Part shown: in pieces, positions 45,486-52,253 of the stretch
Position numbering within the stretch: the stretch's first letter is position 1
Layout: each line of letters starts with the position of its first letter
Assembly (NCBI GenBank): GCA_021736745.1
Contig: JAIPFG010000001.1
Location: forward strand, 1-52,253
Length of the DNA: 52,253 nt
DNA from: Pseudomonadales bacterium
GTDB taxonomy: Bacteria > Pseudomonadota > Gammaproteobacteria > Pseudomonadales > IMCC2047
Reading direction: 5' to 3'
Program-made: the position numbers and the translations under genes
The notes under the pieces: generated by a model
What the model saw: the letters and a program-made list of their open reading frames with translations, nothing else
The model's database searches: none
What the model was told of the DNA's origin: nothing

Positions 45486-46640
45486 ATGTTGAAGCGGATG
45501 GTCTTGATGTTGCTCGGTGTCGTATTGGTATTTGGCGGCATTTTTGGTTACAAATTGGTCGAACGGCATTTTATGGGAGAATATTTTGCCAATTTTACTC
45601 CGCCACCCAGAGTGGTTTCTGCCGATTATGCGCGCGAAGAAATTTGGCAACCTTCTCTTTCTGCGATTGGTACTTTAAGGGCGGTCAATGGTGTTGATCT
45701 GAGTGGCGAGGTAGAGGGTAAGGTAAAGGCGATTCATTTTCAGTCTGGACAGTTCGTCAAGCAGGGGGCATTGTTGCTGGAAATTGATGATGAGGTGGAA
45801 CAGGCAAATTTGAAAAGTTTTCAGGCACGTTTGAAATTAGCCCAGTTGAACTTCCAGCGTGATGAAAAGTTGATTCAAAAACGACTGACTTCTCAGGAGC
45901 AGAGTGATCGTAGTCGTGCGGAGCTGGATGAAGTCTACGCTCTGGTGGAACAAACCAAAGCGACGATTGCAAAGAAAAAAATCAGGGCACCATTCGCTGG
46001 TAAGGTGGGAATTCGCAAGGTGAATCTGGGGCAGTACCTCTCCAAGGGTGACCCGTTAACGACGTTACAGGCGATGGACGCCTTTTACCTGGATTTTAGC
46101 TTGCCAGAGCAGGATTATACTCAGATCTACCTGAACCAGGAATTGACCTTCAGTGTTGATGCCTATCCCGGTGAGGCCTTTAAGGCCAGAGTGACAGCAG
46201 TTAACGCGAAAGTGGATGTCAGTACCCGCAGCATTCTGGTACGGGCTCAATTTGATAATTCGCAAGGACTGTTGTTACCGGGTATGTTCACCGCTGTAAA
46301 GCTGATGCTAAAACAAAATAATACTGTTGTGACGTTACCGCAAACCGCAGTCACCTTTTCCCTCTATGGAGAGTCGGTATTTAAAGTGGAGCAAAATGGC
46401 AAGAATGAAAAAGGTGAGCCTCAACTGGTTGCACAGCGTGTCAGTGTCGTCAGTGGCGATGTGAGGGGGGATCGAGTGGCTATCAAATCCGGGGTGGCCG
46501 TCGGCGATTTGATTGTCATTGATGGCCAGATCAAACTAAAGAATGGTACGGCGATCGCGCTTGCCAATAGTGAAGTTCTGGAGAGTAACAGGGCTGAGCT
46601 TAAACCGTCCAATGGCGATGCGTCTTATGAAGTTCACTGA
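45486..46640 (+). CDS. RND efflux periplasmic adaptor (MFP)
   Basis: N-terminal TM or signal (MLKRMVLMLLGVVLVFGG), lipoyl and coiled-coil halves, and IRAPFAGKVG. I prefer the ATG at 45486 over 45438. Confidence 0.85.
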   Translation: MLKRMVLMLLGVVLVFGGIFGYKLVERHFMGEYFANFTPPPRVVSADYAREEIWQPSLSAIGTLRAVNGVDLSGEVEGKVKAIHFQSGQFVKQGALLLEIDDEVEQANLKSFQARLKLAQLNFQRDEKLIQKRLTSQEQSDRSRAELDEVYALVEQTKATIAKKKIRAPFAGKVGIRKVNLGQYLSKGDPLTTLQAMDAFYLDFSLPEQDYTQIYLNQELTFSVDAYPGEAFKARVTAVNAKVDVSTRSILVRAQFDNSQGLLLPGMFTAVKLMLKQNNTVVTLPQTAVTFSLYGESVFKVEQNGKNEKGEPQLVAQRVSVVSGDVRGDRVAIKSGVAVGDLIVIDGQIKLKNGTAIALANSEVLESNRAELKPSNGDASYEVH

Positions 46641-49600
46641 TCTGTTTATCAAAAGGCCGGTGCTGGCCACGGTCATTAATCTTTTTATTTTGTTGTTGGG
46701 TATTAATGCTTTTGACCAGTTGAGTATCCGTCAATACCCTAAGATTGAAGAAGCTGTAGTCACGGTATCAACCGTCTATGTCGGCGCCAGTACGGACCTG
46801 GTACAGGGGTTTATCACCACTCCGGTGCAACAGGCCATTGCCGGCGCCGAAGGTATTGACTATATCACCTCCAGCAGTGTGAACAGCAATTCCACTGTGA
46901 CGGCACATATTAACCCTGAATATGATTCTGATCAGGTGCTGACGGAAATTATGGCCAAGGTTGCAGAAGTCCGTGGTGAATTGCCGAAGGAGTCGGAAGA
47001 TTCTGTTATCAAAAAGGGAACCAGCAGGGGTTCTGCCTTGATGTATATCCGAGCCAATAGCGACACGATGACGGATGAACAGGTTACTGATTACTTGACT
47101 CGCGTCGTGGTGCCCAAACTGGCCACGTTAGAAGGGGTCGCCAGTGCCGAGATTTTTGGTGCGCGAAAATTTGCCATGCGGCTTTGGTTGGATCCACTGA
47201 AAATGGCAGCGCATGATATCACCGCCGATGAGCTTAACGCGGCTATTCGGCGTAACCACTTTCTCTCTACGGCGGGGCAAACCAAGGGAGAATGGATAGC
47301 GACTCAGGTGAAAGCCTATACGGACCTGAGTACGGTGGAAGGTTTTGAAAATATCGTGGTAATTCAGGAAGGCGATGTCTTGGTAAAAGTGAAGGATGTT
47401 GCCAAGGTTGAGCTAAGTGCTGAAAATTTCGATAGTGGTGTTTTCTTTAATGGTAATCCAGCGGTCTTTATCGGTGTTTCGGCTACACCCACGGCAAACC
47501 CGCTTGAGGTCAGCCAGCGAGTAAAGACGTCACTGGACAAACTGCAATCGGAATTGCCCGCAGGCACGGAAGTGGAAGTGATCTATGATTCCACCAAATT
47601 TATTCGGGCATCTATCAATGAGGTGGCGAAGACACTGCTGGAAGCCTCGTTAATCGTCATCTTGGTGGTCTTCCTATTTTTAGGTGAAATCCGTACGGTC
47701 ATTATCCCGGTGGTGGCCATTCCGTTGTCACTCGTGGGTACTATCTTCCTCATGTGGACGTTGGGCTATTCCGTTAATTTACTCACACTGTTGGCGCTGG
47801 TATTGGCTATTGGCTTAGTGGTGGATGATGCCATCGTGGTGGTTGAAAATATTCATCGCCATATTGAAGAAGGTTTATCACCGGTACAAGCGGCAATTCA
47901 GGGAGCCCGGGAAATTGCCACCCCTGTTATTTCCATGACACTAACTCTGGCTGCCGTGTATGCACCGATTGGGTTTCTCACGGGCATCACCGGGACCTTG
48001 TTCAGTGAATTTGCCTTTTCTTTGGCGGGTGCGGTTATCATTTCTGGCGTGGTCGCGTTGACCCTGTCGCCCATGATGTGTTCAAAACTTATGCATGGCG
48101 GCAAAGAGGAAAGTGCTCTGGCTAAGAAGTTAGATGTTATGTTTGGCCGGCTAAAAAATACTTATCAAGGGGTTCTTCGCAACACGCTGAATTACCGCCC
48201 AGTGGTGGTTGTGTTTGCCTTGTTGGTGTTAGTGAGCATCCCCTTTTTGATGATGTTTACGCGCAGCGAACTGGCGCCACAGGAAGATCAGGGGTCGTTA
48301 TTCTTGGCATCAAAGGCGCCAAATTATGCCAACATCAACTATCTCAACCGGCATACTGAGAATTTTGATACGATTTTTAAAAAGTTATCCGAATTTGAGG
48401 TATCGGTGAGAGTAAACCGATCGGGGACACAAAATTCATCCTTCAGTGTGCTGGGGCTTACTCCCTGGGATGAGCGGCAACGTACAGCCATGGAAATTCA
48501 GCCCTTAGTGCAGGCTGAGGTCGATAAAATCCCGGGTATTGATGTGTTCATTTTTGCCCGTGAATCCTTACCGGGCGCAGGTGGTGGTGCGCCGATTCAA
48601 TTTGTGATCAATACGACCAGTGATTACCCTTCGTTGGCGCAACTGGCGGATCAGATGGCGTTAGAGGCACGTAAAAGTGGTCTTTTTATGTTTATTGATA
48701 GTGATCTGAAATTTTCAAAGCCAGAAGTGCGAATTTCCATTGATCGGGATAAAGCCGCACAGATGGGAATCAGTATGGAGGCCATTGGCTCGGCACTCTC
48801 AACCCTGTTGGGCGAGGGTTGGTTAAACCGTTTTTCGGTGGAAGGCAGAAGTTATAAAGTCATACCCCAGGCGACCGCCGATGCCAGAAGGGATCCGTCC
48901 TGGTTGAATCATTATTACGTTAGAACGGTGAGCGGTGAACAGGTAACACTCGGTACGGTCATTAGTATGAAAACGATAGCCCAGCCAGTAAGTCTGAACC
49001 AGTTTCAGCAGCTTAACTCTGTGAAGTTGGAAGGCATGATGGTGCCTGGAGTGAGCTTGGGTGAGGCATTACAATTTCTCGAACGTAAGGCGCAGGAAAT
49101 ACTCCCGGAAGGTTTTTCGGTGGATTATGACGGTCAGTCGAGACAATTCGTTACTGAAGGCAGCAAGTTGTATCTTACTTTTGCGTTATCGCTGATTGCT
49201 ATTTTTCTGGTATTGGCAGCCCAGTTTGAAAGCTTTCGGGATCCACTGGTGATCCTGATCAGCGTCCCACTATCGATTTGTGGTGCGTTAATCCCGATCA
49301 CATTGGGGTTTGCCACCATGAATATATACAGCCAGATAGGACTGATCACTCTGATAGGTTTAATCAGTAAACACGGGATACTGATCGTTGAATTTGCTAA
49401 CCAGCTGCAAACGGAAGGAATGTCCCGACTTGATGCCATCAGTGAGGCGGCCTCGGTACGCTTACGCCCGGTATTAATGACGACAGCGGCAATGGTATTA
49501 GGTGTCGTTCCCCTGATTTTGGCCTCAGGAGCGGGGGCAGTGAGTCGGCATAACATTGGCTTGGTCATTGCTACAGGAATGACAGTAGGGACCCTGTTTA

Positions 49601-49683
49601 CACTTTTTGTCGTGCCGGTGGTCTACAGTTATGTGGCGAAAGACCATCAGCAAACGCCAGCAGCAGCTGCTTTATCCCATTAA
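46627..49683 (+). CDS. RND efflux inner-membrane permease (AcrB/MdtB-like)
   Basis: It starts MKFTDLFIKRPVLATV, the canonical RND N-terminus. 12-TM layout with two large periplasmic loops. 14 nt overlap with the adaptor gene. The ORF-track start at 46543 is an upstream extension. Confidence 0.9.
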   Translation: MKFTDLFIKRPVLATVINLFILLLGINAFDQLSIRQYPKIEEAVVTVSTVYVGASTDLVQGFITTPVQQAIAGAEGIDYITSSSVNSNSTVTAHINPEYDSDQVLTEIMAKVAEVRGELPKESEDSVIKKGTSRGSALMYIRANSDTMTDEQVTDYLTRVVVPKLATLEGVASAEIFGARKFAMRLWLDPLKMAAHDITADELNAAIRRNHFLSTAGQTKGEWIATQVKAYTDLSTVEGFENIVVIQEGDVLVKVKDVAKVELSAENFDSGVFFNGNPAVFIGVSATPTANPLEVSQRVKTSLDKLQSELPAGTEVEVIYDSTKFIRASINEVAKTLLEASLIVILVVFLFLGEIRTVIIPVVAIPLSLVGTIFLMWTLGYSVNLLTLLALVLAIGLVVDDAIVVVENIHRHIEEGLSPVQAAIQGAREIATPVISMTLTLAAVYAPIGFLTGITGTLFSEFAFSLAGAVIISGVVALTLSPMMCSKLMHGGKEESALAKKLDVMFGRLKNTYQGVLRNTLNYRPVVVVFALLVLVSIPFLMMFTRSELAPQEDQGSLFLASKAPNYANINYLNRHTENFDTIFKKLSEFEVSVRVNRSGTQNSSFSVLGLTPWDERQRTAMEIQPLVQAEVDKIPGIDVFIFARESLPGAGGGAPIQFVINTTSDYPSLAQLADQMALEARKSGLFMFIDSDLKFSKPEVRISIDRDKAAQMGISMEAIGSALSTLLGEGWLNRFSVEGRSYKVIPQATADARRDPSWLNHYYVRTVSGEQVTLGTVISMKTIAQPVSLNQFQQLNSVKLEGMMVPGVSLGEALQFLERKAQEILPEGFSVDYDGQSRQFVTEGSKLYLTFALSLIAIFLVLAAQFESFRDPLVILISVPLSICGALIPITLGFATMNIYSQIGLITLIGLISKHGILIVEFANQLQTEGMSRLDAISEAASVRLRPVLMTTAAMVLGVVPLILASGAGAVSRHNIGLVIATGMTVGTLFTLFVVPVVYSYVAKDHQQTPAAAALSH

Positions 49684-49685
49684 TT

Positions 49686-49708
49686 CTGCGCGCCGATTGA
49701 GCGCGCAG
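49686..49708. terminator. GC-rich stem-loop between convergent genes (possible terminator, no clear U-tract)
   Basis: CTGCGCGC-cgattga-GCGCGCAG, an 8 bp stem, immediately after the RND stop codon. Confidence 0.35.
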
Positions 49709-49739
49709 GGAAAGGCTGGATTTAAGCTGCTGAGGATAA

Positions 49740-49991
49740 TTATTTTTTTATTGTGCGGTAAATAAAGAGTAAAAGAATTGCGCCCAATACGGCGGTGGTG
49801 AAACTGCCGAGGTTAAACCCGTCAACACCGCCGAATCCAAATAAGGAGCCGATAAAGCCGCCAACAAAAGCCCCGGCGATACCGATCAGACTGGTGACAA
49901 TAAAACCGCCGACATCTTTCCCCGGCATGATCCACTTTGCCAAGATACCTGCAATCAGACCGAAAATAATCCAGGCGAATATTCCTCCCAT
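49740..49991 (-). CDS. GlsB/YeaQ/YmgE-family (transglycosylase-associated) small membrane protein
   Basis: 83 aa, Gly-rich, three TM helices (IIFGLIAGILAKWIMPGKD...GFIGSLFG). Confidence 0.85.
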   Translation of the reverse strand: MGGIFAWIIFGLIAGILAKWIMPGKDVGGFIVTSLIGIAGAFVGGFIGSLFGFGGVDGFNLGSFTTAVLGAILLLFIYRTIKK

Positions 49992-50139
49992 GTTTTTCTC
50001 CTTAAACTTATAGGGTTATTGGTTGAGGAGTTAAGGGGGTAGCCTATAGGATTTATCGTCAATTTGCGATCAAAACATTACGGCTGACTGGAGTAACGCC
50101 TTGATTATCTTGCCATTGACTGGATAGGCTTTTAAAACG

Positions 50140-50817
50140 TTAAAATTTGGTATGCAGGCCACACTCTCGTGTTTCATGTGCTTTGGTGGGGTCGAAATAG
50201 TCGGGTTCATTGGGTAGCTGGTATTCCGCCAAATAGGCATCCATTTCCTGCTCTGACCAGTTTAGAAGAGGTGCGACTTTGATAAAGCCCTCCTTCGTTC
50301 GACTAACAATTTCCAGTGATTTGCGAAATTCAGTCTGATCTTTACGAATGCCGGTAATCCATACTTCAGGTTTAAGCGTATCCGTAGCGCGTTTAAAGGG
50401 CTCCAGTTTTACCTGTTGGGTAAACTCTTCGTGCAGAGGATCATCCACATCAGGAATGCCACCCATCATCACATTGAGGCGTGCCGTAGTGATGAGGGGG
50501 GTAAAGACATCTATATTTAAATCCAAGTTATTAATCAGTTTGTTGGCGAATCGATAAGTGGCAGAGCTGTTGTAGCCGGTATCAATCCACAGTACTTTCA
50601 TATTGTATTGGATGCGAGAAACCATGTGTAGAAGCACGGCGGAGTGGTCACCAAAGGTTGTTGTGGTAATCGTGCGTCTATCCAGACCGATTGCCCAGCG
50701 GATAATATCCTGTGCGGACTTTCCGGCTAGCTCGGCATTGATTTTGACCAGGTCAAGGTCTGCTAAATGATTGTCTAAAGCTGGGGTTTGATTGTGCACG
50801 CTGTTATCCGTTGTCAA
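50140..50817 (-). CDS. cysH: Phosphoadenosine phosphosulfate (PAPS) reductase family protein
   Basis: PP-loop-like TTTFGDHSAV, DTGY, and the C-terminal ECGLH redox motif. No Fe-S CC...CxxC cluster. TTG start is uncertain. Confidence 0.75.
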   Translation of the reverse strand: MTTDNSVHNQTPALDNHLADLDLVKINAELAGKSAQDIIRWAIGLDRRTITTTTFGDHSAVLLHMVSRIQYNMKVLWIDTGYNSSATYRFANKLINNLDLNIDVFTPLITTARLNVMMGGIPDVDDPLHEEFTQQVKLEPFKRATDTLKPEVWITGIRKDQTEFRKSLEIVSRTKEGFIKVAPLLNWSEQEMDAYLAEYQLPNEPDYFDPTKAHETRECGLHTKF

Positions 50818-50951
50818 TACCGATGATTTATCAAAAAGGTCTGCAATTATAAGGGAAATCTGGAGTCTACGGCATCTCGACTTAGGAATATTATGCTATT
50901 AGGATATTACGGCTTTAAATGCTTTGTTGAACCGTTTCCTGAACAACGAAA

Positions 50952-52253
50952 TTAATCCATTAATAAAGATTCATCGGATACTACTTTTATTAAGCCATTA
51001 GCCAGCTGAGTTAGATCAGTATCTTCAATCACAAAGGGTGGCATGACATAGACAAGCTTGCCGAAGGGGCGGACCCAAATGCCTTGATTGACAAATGCAG
51101 CAGTTATTTCCGGCATCTTAACCGGACGTTTCGTTTCGATGACCCCGATACCACCTAATACCCGGACATCGGCAACATGATCAAAGGTATAGGCTGGTGA
51201 CAATAATCGTGTTAGCGATTCTTCAATATGTGCCACCTGATCTTGCCATAGGTTGGCCTGCAATAATGTAATACTGGCAAGAGCCGCACTGCAGGCCAGA
51301 GGGTTTCCCATAAAGGTAGGTCCGTGCATGAATACGCCGGGTTTTCCCTGAGCGATACCCTGACTTACTTTAGTAGTGGTGAGTGTCGCGGCCAAGGTCA
51401 TATAACCACCCGTTAAAGCTTTACCCAAACACATAATATCCGGTGTTATCTGGGCGTGTTCACAGGCGAACAGTTTGCCGGTGCGACCAAAGTTGGTGGC
51501 GATTTCATCCAAAATCAAGAGCACATCAAATTCATCACAGAGTACCCGCGCACGGGTTAAATAATGGGGTGAATAAAACCGCATACCGCCTGCTCCCTGC
51601 ACAATAGGTTCCATGATAACGGCTGCAATCTCGGTATGATGTTGTTGGAGCAGTTGTTGCAGAGAGTGAATATCCTGCTCATCCCACGCCTCTTCAAATC
51701 GGCATTGGGGCGCATCGGCAAAAAACTGAGGGGTGAGTACATCGGTAAATAATTCATGCATGCCGGTGATAGGGTCGCAAATCGACATGGCCGCGAAAGT
51801 GTCACCATGATAACCGGAGCGAATGGTTAGCATTTTATTCTTTTGGGGCAGCCCTGTGGCATGCCAATATTGAAGCGCCATTTTCAACGCAACTTCAATG
51901 GCGACGGAACCGGAATCGCTGAAAAAGACCTGTTGCAGGGCGGGGGGCGTTAGTTCGACCAGTTTTTCCGCTAACTGGATAGCCGGTTCGTGGGTGAGGC
52001 CGCCAAACATAACATGGGCCATTTTATCCTGTTGCTCACGAATAGCTTGATTCATCACAGGGTGATTGTAGCCATGTATTACGGACCACCAGGACGACAT
52101 GCCATCAATCAGCTCGCGGCCATCGGCCAGCCTGAGGCGTACCCCTTGGGCCGATTCCACCAGATAAACCGGTGCCGATTGCGTCATGGCAGCATAGGGG
52201 TGCCAAATATGTTTCTGGTCGATCTGAAGTAAGTGATTGATTTTGGCAATTTC
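50952..52253 (-). CDS. bioA: Adenosylmethionine--8-amino-7-oxononanoate transaminase, 5' end outside the window
   Basis: DGMSSWWSVIHGYNHP, and the PLP lysine region CLGKALTGG. The frame stays open upstream of the track's ATG (52187) to the window edge. That stretch encodes ...KHIWHPYAAM, the conserved BioA N-terminal motif. Confidence 0.9.
   Translation of the reverse strand, partial: EIAKINHLLQIDQKHIWHPYAAMTQSAPVYLVESAQGVRLRLADGRELIDGMSSWWSVIHGYNHPVMNQAIREQQDKMAHVMFGGLTHEPAIQLAEKLVELTPPALQQVFFSDSGSVAIEVALKMALQYWHATGLPQKNKMLTIRSGYHGDTFAAMSICDPITGMHELFTDVLTPQFFADAPQCRFEEAWDEQDIHSLQQLLQQHHTEIAAVIMEPIVQGAGGMRFYSPHYLTRARVLCDEFDVLLILDEIATNFGRTGKLFACEHAQITPDIMCLGKALTGGYMTLAATLTTTKVSQGIAQGKPGVFMHGPTFMGNPLACSAALASITLLQANLWQDQVAHIEESLTRLLSPAYTFDHVADVRVLGGIGVIETKRPVKMPEITAAFVNQGIWVRPFGKLVYVMPPFVIEDTDLTQLANGLIKVVSDESLLMD

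Noticed and set aside
46543-46626. Upstream extension of the RND permease ORF
   Set aside because: The canonical RND N-terminus MKFTDLFIKRPV begins at 46627. The extension lies inside the adaptor gene.
1-52253. Search for CRISPR arrays, rRNA/tRNA genes, integrases, prophage or classical defence-island genes
   Set aside because: I saw no regularly spaced repeats, no tRNA-like cloverleaf candidates in intergenic regions, and no integrase, recombinase or phage structural motifs. The only mobile traces are the possible transposase fragment at 1-105 and the MITE-like element.

Overview
The window reads as a chromosomal segment of a marine-type gammaproteobacterium, with moderate GC (judged by eye, not computed). 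It holds about 50 protein-coding genes. I found no rRNA, tRNA, CRISPR array or intact IS or prophage. Housekeeping genes (tadA, cysH-like, bioA, which runs off the 3' edge) are interspersed with accessory material.

Main contents in order:
- A translationally coupled trio at 238-3823: a Zn-ribbon/degenerate-GGDEF protein, a processive GT2 synthase and a HlyD-type adaptor. It is followed by a 0.88 kb ORF-free AT-rich gap.
- A hipBA toxin-antitoxin pair.
- A YbbA/YbbP-like ABC transporter with an AttH/lipocalin-like lipoprotein.
- A same-strand run of a GGDEF cyclase, an HD protein, a cytochrome c', an orphan Zn-ribbon protein, a Tll0287-like heme c protein and a hemerythrin.
- A DUF2235/DUF1330 pair whose leader carries a 139 bp MITE-like element.
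- Two TonB-dependent receptor / acyl-CoA ligase pairs.
- An orphan Cache-PAS histidine kinase.
- An envelope cluster with two YceI-like proteins.
- A TetR-led six-gene operon that includes a rubredoxin absent from the ORF track and an out-of-context LpxA paralogue.
- An SSS symporter and a two-gene RND efflux pump.

Best candidates for undescribed biology:
1. The 238-3823 trio, a putative c-di-GMP-gated exopolysaccharide synthase with a receptor architecture I do not recognise.
2. A regulon defined by a TTCAAC-N4-GTTGAA palindrome. It is present four times exactly and once degenerately, always in promoter regions. It links the TetR operon, the symporter, a TonB receptor and an acyl-CoA synthetase/hydrolase operon.
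3. The gas-sensor-like heme/hemerythrin operon behind a diguanylate cyclase.

All functional calls come from motif recognition by eye. No database search was possible.
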